A stretch of 64,000 nucleotides of DNA from a virus (Duplodnaviria; Caudoviricetes). The notes beneath the pieces are model-generated. The model saw only the letters and a list, made by a program, of their open reading frames with translations, was not told the origin of the DNA and searched no databases. Below, piece after piece: positions 48,577 to 58,668 of the stretch. The stretch is taken from IMG/VR virus record IMGVR_UViG_3300010885_029461, positions 2,991 to 66,990 of that record; one strand, given 5' to 3'. The position numbers and the translations under genes are program-made. Within the stretch, counting starts at the first letter, position 1, and every line of letters starts with the position of its first letter.

Positions 48577-49559
48577 TGGAAATTCCTCAGTCATATACAA
48601 TATCTAAATTCTTTTCTTATGCAAATAAGACTAAGCAGCATTCTCGTTATTTGAACGGGGGTTGCCCTATTTGTCATGAAGGAAGTAATTGGGATACGAA
48701 ACAACGCTTGTATTATTACATACAAGACGATTTCTTATATTGTTACAACTGCGCAAGATCATGGAATCCTTATTGGTGGGTTAAAGAAGTTTCCGGTATG
48801 ACGCATAAGGAATTGAAAGATGATATTAAGGAATATACCGGAGATTCTGATTATATTTTACAATGGGAACAAGAAGCCGATAAAGAATGGATTTTACCTG
48901 ATTTACCGGGGGAATGTGTAAACTTAAGGGATGCCGTACAGCTTAAATTTTATAAAAAATTACCCATTGTTCAGAAAGCATTAGATTATTGTAATTCTCG
49001 TAGATTATTCAATGCAATCAATACACCTAAAACGTTTTATGTATGTCTGAATGACAAGTATCATAAGAATAGATTGATCATACCTTTTTATAAGAATAAT
49101 CGAATTATTTGTTATACTTCTCGTAAAATATTAGATGATGATAGTGCAAAGTATTTGTTAAAATTTAATGCACCTAAAACAATATTTAATATTGATAAGA
49201 TCAAGACAGAGATTCCTTATATTTTCTTATTCGAAGGTCAGATAGATTCAATGTTTGTTCAAAATGGCGTGGCAGTTTCAGGATTAACCTTAACCCAACA
49301 ACAGGAACGAGAATTAGAACAGTTCCCATTTCACGAAAGAATATGGGTTTTGGATAATCTCAAATTTGAGAAAAAAGAAGTAGTTAATAAACTAATTTCT
49401 AAATTACGCGCAGGTGAACGTTTATTTTTCTATGAAAATGAGTTCGCTCCCTTTAAGGATTTAAACGAGTTCTGTGTAGCAAAAAAGCAGGATTTTGTTG
49501 ATCCTGCTTTAATTGTGGAGTCTTCTTTTACAGAAGAGAAAGGTTTACTTAGAATTTAA
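48576..49559 (+). CDS. gp61: DNA primase (gp61-like)
   Basis: CPICHEG...CYNC Zn finger, RLIIPF, TOPRIM FEGQIDSMF, LDN, KDLNE. Confidence 0.92.
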   Translation: MEIPQSYTISKFFSYANKTKQHSRYLNGGCPICHEGSNWDTKQRLYYYIQDDFLYCYNCARSWNPYWWVKEVSGMTHKELKDDIKEYTGDSDYILQWEQEADKEWILPDLPGECVNLRDAVQLKFYKKLPIVQKALDYCNSRRLFNAINTPKTFYVCLNDKYHKNRLIIPFYKNNRIICYTSRKILDDDSAKYLLKFNAPKTIFNIDKIKTEIPYIFLFEGQIDSMFVQNGVAVSGLTLTQQQERELEQFPFHERIWVLDNLKFEKKEVVNKLISKLRAGERLFFYENEFAPFKDLNEFCVAKKQDFVDPALIVESSFTEEKGLLRI

Positions 49560-50107
49560 TTATAAGGGCCGGATGGTTCCCTAGGAGCACTTCCTTGACT
49601 TGAAGAAGTCACGGATTTACGAGCTTTTGATAGATTACCTAATGAATCCTTTACTTCTCTTGCAGCCTGTTCAGTTGCTTGTTCTTCTTTCTTGGAAGAG
49701 CTTTTATAATCTTCGATAGCTTTAGTTACTTGGTCAAAGTTGGTCTTTTTGACAGTATCACTACGGATGATATTTGCCATTACAGAATAAGGATTGGTCA
49801 TATCCACTTCATCCTTGGTATTAACAAAAGCACTAAGAGTGGTGAGATATTCTTCTAATTGTCCTAAACGAGAATTAATTTCTGACTTATCGAGGCTGTC
49901 AATATCGTCGAGAAGAGCCATTTTCTGATCAAAATTAGCTTCAATTTTCTTAAGACTGTCTTGAATACCAGTAGTGTCAAATGCTTCTGATTCTGTACCA
50001 TCGTCTAAAAAGTTAGAGATATCATCACTTCCGTTAGAATCATGTGTAGGATTCCCCAAGTCAGTGTCTTCAAGTAAGAGTTTTGCAAAATAATCACGAT
50101 AATTCAT
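49556..50107 (-). CDS. acidic hypothetical protein, candidate internal head/scaffold protein
   Basis: N-terminus MNYRDYFAKLLLE; own TAAATA. Confidence 0.6.
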   Translation of the reverse strand: MNYRDYFAKLLLEDTDLGNPTHDSNGSDDISNFLDDGTESEAFDTTGIQDSLKKIEANFDQKMALLDDIDSLDKSEINSRLGQLEEYLTTLSAFVNTKDEVDMTNPYSVMANIIRSDTVKKTNFDQVTKAIEDYKSSSKKEEQATEQAAREVKDSLGNLSKARKSVTSSSQGSAPREPSGPYN

Positions 50108-50149
50108 ATTACAGTATTTATTCTATATTGATGACATTTTAAATATATG

Positions 50150-50178
50150 TTGCTATTTAAGCGCATAAGATGTATATT
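50150..50178 (+). promoter_or_regulatory. sigma70-type promoter TTGCTA-17-TATATT
   Basis: 5 nt upstream of ATG 50184. Confidence 0.55.
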
Positions 50179-50183
50179 ATGGT

Positions 50184-50915
50184 ATGATTCGAATAGTTGT
50201 ACCTACGGTCTTAACCGAAGAAGCTTATAAAAATAGTGTCCCATATACTTGCCTAAATCGTATTATACAGACACACGATTCTAAAAAAATGGAAATATAT
50301 GTTACGATTATTCCCGAAAACCGTAAAGGTTTCTGTGCGTTATACAACGAATACATACATAATGATCCTGTCGAAAATGGGGAGTCTATCACAGTTTTTG
50401 TACATGATGATATTGAAATTCATGACCAATTTTTCATTCAAAAGCTTAGAAAAGCTCATGAGAGATTTGACATAGTAGGTGTAGCAGGCACAACCAGTCA
50501 AAATTATATCAATGCTACAACGCTGGCATGGCATTTATGTATGAACCGAAAAGAAGATGGTAGAGGGTTTCTATCACATGTTATTCCTAAAGATATCGGA
50601 GGATATGGGTTTCCGTATGTTAATTCATCTTTTTATGGTCCAACTCCCGCAGAGGTAGTATTTGTGGATGGGGTTTTTATCAGTTTTAATACTAAGAAAG
50701 TGGCTGATAGTGGGGTGAAATTTAATGAGAAATATACTTTCCATCACTATGATATGTCTGCGTGTGCAGAAGCCAAAAAGGTAGGATTATCAATCGGGGT
50801 ATATCCGATTTTTGCCATTCATCATGGACTAGGAGAATTCCACAATGATAAATTATGGCAGAAGCTAGCAATTGAGTTCGCTACAGATTACAAAGACTAT
50901 AAACAATCCGTATGA
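50184..50915 (+). CDS. GT-A glycosyltransferase-like protein
   Basis: LYNEYI, VFVHDD, IVGVAG, VDGVFI, FNEKYTFHHYDMS, IHHGLG. Confidence 0.8.
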   Translation: MIRIVVPTVLTEEAYKNSVPYTCLNRIIQTHDSKKMEIYVTIIPENRKGFCALYNEYIHNDPVENGESITVFVHDDIEIHDQFFIQKLRKAHERFDIVGVAGTTSQNYINATTLAWHLCMNRKEDGRGFLSHVIPKDIGGYGFPYVNSSFYGPTPAEVVFVDGVFISFNTKKVADSGVKFNEKYTFHHYDMSACAEAKKVGLSIGVYPIFAIHHGLGEFHNDKLWQKLAIEFATDYKDYKQSV

Positions 50916-51400
50916 TAGTAGATAATAGAGAAAATATAGATGATCGGTACACTTATGATCAACCATTAAGTACTTATTTTAGAACAAAATATTCCTATAT
51001 AGGAAACATTTTAATTGATTTAGGTTCTGCCACCACACTGTATATGGATTTACCATATATATCTAAAGATGCCGGAATATTATTTAAACTGTGGTTTTTT
51101 GACAGATTATGTGAAATGTTAAAAGATGTATCTACACAAAAATTTTTTATTGTAGATGATACCATTAAACAGAAAATTCTTGTAAAACAGCAACCAGATT
51201 CTTTAATTGTTGAGAATGTCACTAAGAAAGTATGTACGTATTCTAGAGGAAAATATGTTGATCGGAACAATGGAACGTATATATTCCATATCGTGTTCCC
51301 CGACGAGGTACTACCTAATGAAATGTGCCAAATGATAGAATCCGAGTTCCATAACACCGTAAATTTATTCAGGCTAAAAAATAATGAAAACACCCTTTAG
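50912..51400 (+). CDS. hypothetical protein
   Basis: ORF in operon. Confidence 0.65.
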   Translation: MIVDNRENIDDRYTYDQPLSTYFRTKYSYIGNILIDLGSATTLYMDLPYISKDAGILFKLWFFDRLCEMLKDVSTQKFFIVDDTIKQKILVKQQPDSLIVENVTKKVCTYSRGKYVDRNNGTYIFHIVFPDEVLPNEMCQMIESEFHNTVNLFRLKNNENTL

Positions 51401-51791
51401 TATTGTTGATGATATTTTATTCACAAAAGATGATAAACGGCTAACCTCTAGTGACGATTGTAATCTTTTCGTAATCAATAAACTGATTTCATATCATTCT
51501 CCTGTATTCTGTAATATCTTAAACCAGACAGTAAATCAATATAAGGATGTGTTAAATGCTCAACAAACAGTAGATTTCCTGCGACTAATTTTTCCAAAAA
51601 CAAATAAGAGAAGAATTGAATGGATGTATAAAAAGAATAAACTTGCTGAAAAAGCAAACGGGGTTGCTGTGCTTTTGGCGAAATCTCTTGAGGTATCAGA
51701 GCGAGACATTCAAGCGGCAATTAATATTTTTCCAGAAATCTTAGACGAATTCGAAGAAGATGAAAAGATGTATAAAAAAGTGGATAACTAA
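51384..51791 (+). CDS. clamp loader small subunit (gp62-like)
   Basis: TPFSIVDDI, FVINKLISY, FPKTNKRRIEW, LAKSLEVSER. Confidence 0.65.
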   Translation: MKTPFSIVDDILFTKDDKRLTSSDDCNLFVINKLISYHSPVFCNILNQTVNQYKDVLNAQQTVDFLRLIFPKTNKRRIEWMYKKNKLAEKANGVAVLLAKSLEVSERDIQAAINIFPEILDEFEEDEKMYKKVDN

Positions 51792-51815
51792 AAATGACAT
51801 AGTTAAATATGTTGT

Positions 51816-52247
51816 ATGACCGATAGCCAAGATAGATTAGTAGACTCTGTTGTTAATAGTATTCCTCGCAGCGAGAAGATAGTAAATCATAACATTGATT
51901 TAAAGGATTGGAGAATTGTGAATCTTTATAAAGATTCCTTATGGGTTAAACTTATTGATGAACCTGATGCACATACCGTAATTAAAAACGGAATAGTTCT
52001 TACTACCACTCAGGCAAAGGGGCCATATTCATTAGGCGAAATATTAATGACTGGTCCAGATGTTAAACATGCGGTAGTCGGTAGTCATATTCTGTTTGTT
52101 AAACAGGTAGGACAACCTGCACATAGAAGTGTTGACGGGTATAAATCATGGTTTGTTCGGGAAGATGCAGTTATGGCAGTCATAGAATATGCAGGAACTG
52201 CCGAACAAATGAAAAACGACATTACTAATCAAATTCTACTCGGTTAA
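51816..52247 (+). CDS. groES: co-chaperonin GroES/gp31-like
   Basis: KNGIVL, GEILMTGPDVK, VGSHILF, FVREDAVMAVI. Confidence 0.75.
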   Translation: MTDSQDRLVDSVVNSIPRSEKIVNHNIDLKDWRIVNLYKDSLWVKLIDEPDAHTVIKNGIVLTTTQAKGPYSLGEILMTGPDVKHAVVGSHILFVKQVGQPAHRSVDGYKSWFVREDAVMAVIEYAGTAEQMKNDITNQILLG

Positions 52248-52258
52248 TAAATAATTAG

Positions 52259-52771
52259 GTGACTAATGCCACCTTACAGTTAACCTTAAGTAGAAACGTA
52301 GTAGAATTAAACTTCGTCAGACGACATCATAAAAACGGATGGTCCGATATAAGAGGACTATTTGGTACTACCAATTATGAATTATTAAATGGGGACTTCG
52401 GGCATCAGGTATTAAATTTCGCCCCTCCAAAAGGAGTAGGGATGGGATATAATTATAAACAATTTAATCTATGTGTTGTTTGGGATATGTTTCGGCAGGA
52501 GTATCGCGTGTTTGGCGCAGAACAAGTTAATGTCCGACAGATATGGGACGTATCTACTCCTGAAGGGATTGAAATATTCAAACAATATTTCTATGAAAAT
52601 ATTATTAATATGTCCCAAGATGATAAGTTACAATTTATGGGATATACAGGGGATATAGTGGCAACTCATCAACCAAATGTATCAGTCCATACAAAACGTA
52701 GTATATTTAAACGTGCAGCCGACAAATTCCAACATTTCGTGGATAGAGTAAAAAAATATTTTAAACGATAA
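52259..52771 (+). CDS. hypothetical protein (SH3-like barrel; GTG start)
   Basis: NVVELNFVRR, VVWDMFRQEYR; TAAATA 5 nt upstream. Confidence 0.65.
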   Translation: MTNATLQLTLSRNVVELNFVRRHHKNGWSDIRGLFGTTNYELLNGDFGHQVLNFAPPKGVGMGYNYKQFNLCVVWDMFRQEYRVFGAEQVNVRQIWDVSTPEGIEIFKQYFYENIINMSQDDKLQFMGYTGDIVATHQPNVSVHTKRSIFKRAADKFQHFVDRVKKYFKR

Positions 52772-52812
52772 CAATAGTTGTTTTAGTTATTTTAAGGTTC
52801 TAAATAATAACA

Positions 52813-53178
52813 ATGTTACAAATAGAAGGTTTCGAAAAAATGTTTACGAAGTATTTTCAAAAAAATATAATACTTCGTATAGGGAATGATGATATTAAAA
52901 ATGGCAAATTTCTTTTAATACAGAACCATGTCATAACCAATAACTTTTATTTTGAATTGGTTATAGAAAATACTAAAAAGATAGTATCCTTTAAAATCCC
53001 ATATCCTTTCTCATATAGTGAGTATCCAGAATCTGACATCATCTATCTAGATTATAGATTTAATACTCTTACTAAGAATCCCGTTTTAAAGAATCTGATG
53101 ACTAATATTGGGAACGCCAGTATAGTTGATAAACCTTCAAAATTCTTAGACTCTATATTAGAAATACAATTTACTTAA
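52813..53178 (+). CDS. hypothetical protein
   Basis: ORF with TAAATA upstream. Confidence 0.7.
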   Translation: MLQIEGFEKMFTKYFQKNIILRIGNDDIKNGKFLLIQNHVITNNFYFELVIENTKKIVSFKIPYPFSYSEYPESDIIYLDYRFNTLTKNPVLKNLMTNIGNASIVDKPSKFLDSILEIQFT

Positions 53179-53179
53179 T

Positions 53180-53428
53180 ATGTTATACTTTTCATTATTT
53201 TCCGGTGAGATATATGATTCTCCTACAGAACTAACTGATCCTTTTCAAATTCCGTTAAAAACTAAACCAGCCAATTCCTGCTCTAAATGTCACGGAAGGT
53301 TTTATACGTGCTATCTGACTACAAATAAACAATACCAGATTTGTAACAAATGTGTGAAAAAATATGTAGATGCTGAAAGATTATTACGCAGTGTAGAAGC
53401 TAATCGCATCAATCGCAAAACTTCCTAA
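53180..53428 (+). CDS. small Zn-finger protein
   Basis: CSKCHGR...CNKC. Confidence 0.65.
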   Translation: MLYFSLFSGEIYDSPTELTDPFQIPLKTKPANSCSKCHGRFYTCYLTTNKQYQICNKCVKKYVDAERLLRSVEANRINRKTS

Positions 53429-53430
53429 CA

Positions 53431-53784
53431 ATGTCAACAAAAAAACCTATCATAAATGGCATAGTGTATAGAGATGATGATAAAATCATGTTCATCTCTA
53501 TGTATGATGAGAAGCGTAGAGAGATTTTCGAGTCCAGATATCTAACTATGGGACCGAATAATACACCTATTTCGGAAAATTGTTTTATCTTAGTAGAATA
53601 TGCAGAAGAACATTATCGCATAGTTACTAATCCTATAGTATTAACGAATATACATTATAATGGTAAAGATGTCGCCGCAAAAAATATAAGCATTGATGGT
53701 CTTATCACATCTTCATACGAAGCCGCTAAAAAGTATATTGAGCGTCATAAAGACGATCACCTTAATACTGAAGCATCTGACTGA
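53431..53784 (+). CDS. hypothetical protein
   Basis: ORF in operon. Confidence 0.65.
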   Translation: MSTKKPIINGIVYRDDDKIMFISMYDEKRREIFESRYLTMGPNNTPISENCFILVEYAEEHYRIVTNPIVLTNIHYNGKDVAAKNISIDGLITSSYEAAKKYIERHKDDHLNTEASD

Positions 53785-54409
53785 GTATCATAGTACCGTC
53801 ATAGTAGTACCTGATTAGGTTTCTACCACTTGCGGCTACGTTCATGGATGTACTACCAGAGAAGCGCCAGTCACTACCAAAGGAAGTGATGGAATAACCA
53901 CTAGTTCCACTAGACATTATAGATATATTCCCTTGTTGTCCTGCTACAATATTAGTAGGATTTCTCATGAAACAGTTAGATGATAGTATAAGATTGGCGT
54001 TTCTGCCGACTGAATCAACATCCCATGATATTGCACCAGATGGTGCATGCGTAAGTGTGCCGGGAGTATTCACTATATTAGCACTTAAATAATTCAAACC
54101 AGAACTTAGAAAGTTTACCTGTCCCTGTAGATTAGAGCTAACCGAAATCATGGTGGAACTAAGATAGTTCACCTGTGCCTGTAAATTAGAGCTAACTGCA
54201 ATCATAGTAGAGCTTAAAAACTCTATTCTATTCTGTAACGTCGAACTCACTGAAATCATAGTAGCACTTAAAAAGTTTATACTACTCACGGTCCATGCAG
54301 ATAGTGCTTGTAAATTATTATCAAGCGCAGTGAACCCTATATTGATAGTTGATAAACTATTACCTATACAGGTGGTCTTTGAAACAGTGACGGGGACATA
54401 ATAAAGCAT
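53762..54409 (-). CDS. short fibre/whisker-like structural protein (coiled-coil stalk plus beta-rich tip)
   Basis: CIGNSLSTINIGFTALD N-terminus, 18-aa repeats NFLSSTMISVSSNLQ.QV, C-terminal NPTNIVAGQQGNISI...FGSDWRF...YYYDG. Confidence 0.6.
   Translation of the reverse strand: MLYYVPVTVSKTTCIGNSLSTINIGFTALDNNLQALSAWTVSSINFLSATMISVSSTLQNRIEFLSSTMIAVSSNLQAQVNYLSSTMISVSSNLQGQVNFLSSGLNYLSANIVNTPGTLTHAPSGAISWDVDSVGRNANLILSSNCFMRNPTNIVAGQQGNISIMSSGTSGYSITSFGSDWRFSGSTSMNVAASGRNLIRYYYDGTMILSQMLQY
54106..54280 (-). repeat. 54-bp (18-aa) tandem repeat, about 3.2 units
   Basis: Units start at 54106, 54160, 54214 and 54268. Confidence 0.85.
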
Positions 54410-54432
54410 AATTTTATTTATGGATTGAAAAT

Positions 54433-54465
54433 GAAAAAAGCGACAATTTACATGTCGCTTTTTTC
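54433..54465 (-). terminator. intrinsic terminator
   Basis: GAAAAAAGCGACA-ATTTACA-TGTCGCTTTTTTC. Confidence 0.85.
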
Positions 54466-54485
54466 GTTTTAATTATTTTTCAGTA

Positions 54486-55259
54486 TTAGAACAATCTTTC
54501 GCCTTCTTTTTTACCGAATCCGGTGCGCTGGGTTTGACCAACTTTAGCATTGCCGTTAGCATTTACATGATTTGTAGCTGGTTGCTTGCTTGGCTTACCG
54601 TCACGGGTTTGAGTATTGCCGTGATGCCCACCTTCGGAACCTTCAGTGTCTTCAGGAGCAAAACCTGTTTTGTTCTTGGAGAAATCTGCATCACCATTAC
54701 CCTTTACGCGAGTAGTAGCTGCTTGCTTGCTTGGCTTACCATCACGGGTCTGAGTATTGCCGAGGTGCTTACCGTTGCCCATTTGACCATAGGATTCAGT
54801 AGGAACTGAGTCGTCTCCATCATCAAAGCTGAAATCGTCACCCATTCCGTCGTCTGATGTGCCTGCACCAGAGATAAGATCACAAATTTCTTGAAGGGTC
54901 ATTGATTTAAGTTCGGAGAGAGTGAAAGTTTGGTCGTCATCGCCACCCATTCCGTCATCTTCTCCTGCATCAAATTCAAAGGAATCGTCGCTAGAGTCGT
55001 CATCAAAAGAATTTTCACCAGAGTCAAATTCTTCCATAAAGGTATTGAAAAGGTTGTCGAATGAATTTTTCTCATTATAACATGCACCTGCATCGAAAGG
55101 CTTCTTTTTCTTCTTGGTAGCAGAAACAGTAGGTGCAGCGGCTGCATCAGTAGTCTCATCTTCCTCAGCTTCTTCTTTCTTCTCAACAATCACAGCAGAA
55201 GATTGTGGCTTAAGATAATGATTCTCATAAATGTTTACTAGGTCTAGATTGTTTTCCAT
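54486..55259 (-). CDS. acidic/disordered protein, candidate prohead core/scaffold or internal protein
   Basis: N-terminus MENNLDLVNIYE, D/E-rich middle, duplicated GNTQTRDGKPSKQ. Confidence 0.6.
   Translation of the reverse strand: MENNLDLVNIYENHYLKPQSSAVIVEKKEEAEEDETTDAAAAPTVSATKKKKKPFDAGACYNEKNSFDNLFNTFMEEFDSGENSFDDDSSDDSFEFDAGEDDGMGGDDDQTFTLSELKSMTLQEICDLISGAGTSDDGMGDDFSFDDGDDSVPTESYGQMGNGKHLGNTQTRDGKPSKQAATTRVKGNGDADFSKNKTGFAPEDTEGSEGGHHGNTQTRDGKPSKQPATNHVNANGNAKVGQTQRTGFGKKEGERLF
54582..54762 (-). repeat. intragenic ~40-bp direct repeat (54582-54621 and 54723-54762; 141-bp period)
   Basis: ttgcttgcttggcttaccRtcacgggtYtgagtattgccg occurs twice. Confidence 0.85.
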
Positions 55260-55322
55260 ATAAACATTATTTATTGTAAACGTTTGATTTTTCTATTTTA
55301 ATATTAACATATAAATATTGTA

Positions 55323-57029
55323 ATGGCTAAGAAGAAATCAGATAAGTTTTTAAATAATAATGAAAACCTCCCTATATCTGTAGAAATTGAATACACCCCC
55401 GAACAGATTGAAGAACTACGTAGATGTAAGGACGATGTTATATACTTTGCAGAGAACTTTTTCTATATTGTAAATTTAGATGAAGGTAGGCAGAAAATAA
55501 AGTTATATGAACCCCAAAAAGAAGCTATTCTCAAAATTATTCAAAATAGAAGAACTGTTATATGTGCATCCCGACAGGTAGGAAAATCCACCCTAATGAC
55601 CGTGGTATGCCTATGGTATGCTCTATTCACAGAAGATCATACTGTAGCAATTCTTGCTAATAAGGAAGACCAAGCAAAGGAAATTCTAGAACGTATTAAG
55701 TTAGCATATGAAGAAATTCCTAACTATATTAAAGCAGGCGTATCAGACTTCACTAAAGAACAACTTCGATTAACTAATGGTTCTAAAATATTTGTATCAA
55801 CTACTTCTGCGGATGCTATTCGAGGAAAGTCAGTAAATACGTTATTTGTTGACGAGTTTGCCCACGTACGTAAGGAAATTGCCGATGACTTCTTTAAATC
55901 CATTATTCCTACGCTTTCGTCGTCTAGAAAATCTAAACTAGTCATAGTTTCGACCCCTAAAGGAACTGAAAATAAATTTTATGATATTTTCTCAAATGCT
56001 GAGAAGAAAAAATCTAATTGGGAATGTGTTAAAATATATTGGCATCAGATACCGGGGCGCGATGATGCATGGAAAAAGGAACAATTAGAAGCAATATCAT
56101 ATGATATGTCAATGTGGAATCAAGAATTTGACCTTCATTTCTTAGAAGATGGAACTTCTGCATTGAATTTAGAGGTTATTGAGCGTCTAAAAAATATGTG
56201 TCGTCCTGCGGATTTCACTTATGATTTTGGAGATTATCAGGTATGGAGAGAACCGGAAGCTAATAGAGTATACTCAATTGGAGTTGATGCTGCTGAAGGG
56301 GTTGGACAAGATTATTCGGTTGCTCAAATTATTGATATTACTGATCCAACTGATATTAGACATTGTGCTACCTTTGCATCAAATAGGTTACAACCATATA
56401 TCTTTGCAGAAAAATTGAACCAGATTGCACGATCATGGGGTCGTCCGTTTTTATGTATAGAACGTAATAAAGAAGGGGGACAAGTAGTAGATGCATTGTC
56501 AGAAGTTCATAGATATGAAAACATCATACACTATTCTATGAAAAATGATACACGCGGAGTATATCAAAATCTTGGTATTTTCTGTCATCAAAATTCCAAA
56601 TATACAGGTATTATGAATATGAAATATTTCATCGAACACCTAGAATCTGTTAAAATATATGATATGTCAACTGTTAAAGAATTTGAAACCTTTGTTCGTA
56701 AAGAAAATAAAACATGGGGAGCAAAAAAAGGACATCATGACGACAGAATTATGTCTCTTATATGGGCATTAATTATATTAGAGAAGGACATAGCTGAGAA
56801 ATATTTAGAAGTACTTGAGTATGATGAGACAGGTAAACCTGTTAGAATAGCAGACCCTAATCAAGAATTAGCGAATATATCATTTTATAATCAGGGAGAC
56901 GGTAATACTAATTATGCATGTACAGGGGGAGCACCCGCACCAGTTATATTCCAAATGGGTAAAGGTATTTTCAATTATAAAGAACATGATATGACTAAAT
57001 ACGCAGGCAACGGGTGGACATTCGTTTAA
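55323..57029 (+). CDS. gp17: terminase large subunit
   Basis: ASRQVGKST Walker A, LFVDEFAH Walker B, VSTPKG, GVDAAEGVGQDYS, HDDRIMS; TATAAATA at 55310. Confidence 0.96.
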   Translation: MAKKKSDKFLNNNENLPISVEIEYTPEQIEELRRCKDDVIYFAENFFYIVNLDEGRQKIKLYEPQKEAILKIIQNRRTVICASRQVGKSTLMTVVCLWYALFTEDHTVAILANKEDQAKEILERIKLAYEEIPNYIKAGVSDFTKEQLRLTNGSKIFVSTTSADAIRGKSVNTLFVDEFAHVRKEIADDFFKSIIPTLSSSRKSKLVIVSTPKGTENKFYDIFSNAEKKKSNWECVKIYWHQIPGRDDAWKKEQLEAISYDMSMWNQEFDLHFLEDGTSALNLEVIERLKNMCRPADFTYDFGDYQVWREPEANRVYSIGVDAAEGVGQDYSVAQIIDITDPTDIRHCATFASNRLQPYIFAEKLNQIARSWGRPFLCIERNKEGGQVVDALSEVHRYENIIHYSMKNDTRGVYQNLGIFCHQNSKYTGIMNMKYFIEHLESVKIYDMSTVKEFETFVRKENKTWGAKKGHHDDRIMSLIWALIILEKDIAEKYLEVLEYDETGKPVRIADPNQELANISFYNQGDGNTNYACTGGAPAPVIFQMGKGIFNYKEHDMTKYAGNGWTFV

Positions 57030-57040
57030 TAAATACTCCT

Positions 57041-58006
57041 ATGACTTCATATTTCGACAGTTACCTGCATACTATAATAGAAAATATAGTTCCTCTTTTC
57101 AAGAAAAAGAACGATGATGGTTCCTATACTTTAACAGATGAAAAAGGTGTTCCGCAATTAGGAGGTAAATCGTTCGATATTGATATGGTTGAACGAATCA
57201 TTAAAGCAAATAAAGATAGAATATTCGCCGCAGAAGAACCTACCGAAGAAACACCCGAAACTCCTGAAGTAGAAGAACTTCCTATTAAAGGTGAGTATTG
57301 GTTCGATGAGAGCGGTAATGCGCAATATGCGGACGGGGACGTAGGGGATATGAACCATGAAGCATATGTTATTCAACGATGTGGTGGAGAAGTTGCTTCA
57401 TTTTTTAATCTAGATGAATTTCATGAAAACAATATCATAAGTGAGATAGGAGATGAGATAGGAGATGAATGGGGAGATATAGAAAATGACCCCGCTAATG
57501 CCATAATCAAATATCTTGTTACGTTCTGTAAAATGTCAGAGACTAAAGCCAGTGATTTAGTACTAACTGCATATGGATCAACAGTAGATGCCCGCGAATA
57601 TGCTATCAAAAATTGGAACTGGATTCGTGTACATGGTACTAATATAGAAGTTCATAAATTAAATTCCATCACTCTCAGAAACGTGGCAAGGGGTATAAAC
57701 GATGCACTGGAGCAAGAAGGGCATATGTACGATGATGATGCAGACGAACGTGCAGGAATAACCAGTTACAATATATCCACATATACAGGTAAACGATATT
57801 CTATCACTCTTAATGATATGGAAAAAGGCGATGTTTCAGGATTAGAAGAGGAACAAACAGTATCTAAAAGCGCAGCAACTCAACAAGTTCGACAGATGGA
57901 TATTGACAGTATGCCGAAATATTATCAACATAAAGGGGTAATAGGTGATTCATTTGACTCATATTATAACACAGTAATAGAACAGTTAGAATTATACACT
58001 AGATAA
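57041..58006 (+). CDS. acidic hypothetical protein (start likely ATG 57041), candidate internal head protein
   Basis: TAAATA 5 nt upstream; SYFDSYLHTIIE at the N-terminus and DSFDSYYNTVIE at the C-terminus. Confidence 0.65.
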   Translation: MTSYFDSYLHTIIENIVPLFKKKNDDGSYTLTDEKGVPQLGGKSFDIDMVERIIKANKDRIFAAEEPTEETPETPEVEELPIKGEYWFDESGNAQYADGDVGDMNHEAYVIQRCGGEVASFFNLDEFHENNIISEIGDEIGDEWGDIENDPANAIIKYLVTFCKMSETKASDLVLTAYGSTVDAREYAIKNWNWIRVHGTNIEVHKLNSITLRNVARGINDALEQEGHMYDDDADERAGITSYNISTYTGKRYSITLNDMEKGDVSGLEEEQTVSKSAATQQVRQMDIDSMPKYYQHKGVIGDSFDSYYNTVIEQLELYTR

Positions 58007-58015
58007 ATAATAATT

Positions 58016-58627
58016 ATGAATAATAGACCAAATGCTCCTGTGTTGGAAGATAACTGTCCTACTGAACCAGTTAATCAATCATATTATACTGATCAACAGA
58101 GCGTCCTCAATGTATCCAGAAAGGATAAGTTTCTATTGGTGATGGATATGCCACCCGCATTAAAACCCTTAGTTCAAAAAGAAAACAGATTATGTCATGG
58201 GGGAAATCTAGAGAGATTAAGGTTCTCCGTATGGGGATCGGTCATTCCTGACATTTCTGTTAATAAAATAGAAACATCATTTGGGGGACAAACTTTTAAA
58301 TTTTCTGGAAACAGTCGTCCATCTTATCCCTCAATTGTATGTAATTTTACAGTAGATAATAATTATGATAATTATTACATTTTATGGAAATGGTTAGATA
58401 TTCAAAATGGTGCATTGGAAGGACTATCAGAAAATAGAATTAAAACATACTCAACCAATATTTCAATATTTCCTTTAGCGGAATATGGTGCTCCTGTAGC
58501 AGAGTTTATATATTATGATGCATTTATTACAGGTATAGGCGGAATAAATGTCAGTACCCGTGATGCATCCGAGACAGAATCCACCTTTACTTTTGATTTT
58601 AGTCAGCTAAGTATGAAACTTGTTTAA
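58016..58627 (+). CDS. tail tube/tail completion protein (gp3/gp19-like)
   Basis: VIPDISV, CNFTVDNNYDNYYILWKWL, FIYYDAFITGIGGI, FTFDFS. Confidence 0.7.
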   Translation: MNNRPNAPVLEDNCPTEPVNQSYYTDQQSVLNVSRKDKFLLVMDMPPALKPLVQKENRLCHGGNLERLRFSVWGSVIPDISVNKIETSFGGQTFKFSGNSRPSYPSIVCNFTVDNNYDNYYILWKWLDIQNGALEGLSENRIKTYSTNISIFPLAEYGAPVAEFIYYDAFITGIGGINVSTRDASETESTFTFDFSQLSMKLV

Positions 58628-58668
58628 TAAATAAGGATTTTTTTGGAATATTATAAATAGTATGATAT

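Noticed and set aside
22851-57029. Inteins or introns in DNA polymerase, helicase, UvsX or terminase
   Set aside because: Protein lengths are ordinary, and no intein splice-junction motifs or embedded endonuclease domains are evident.
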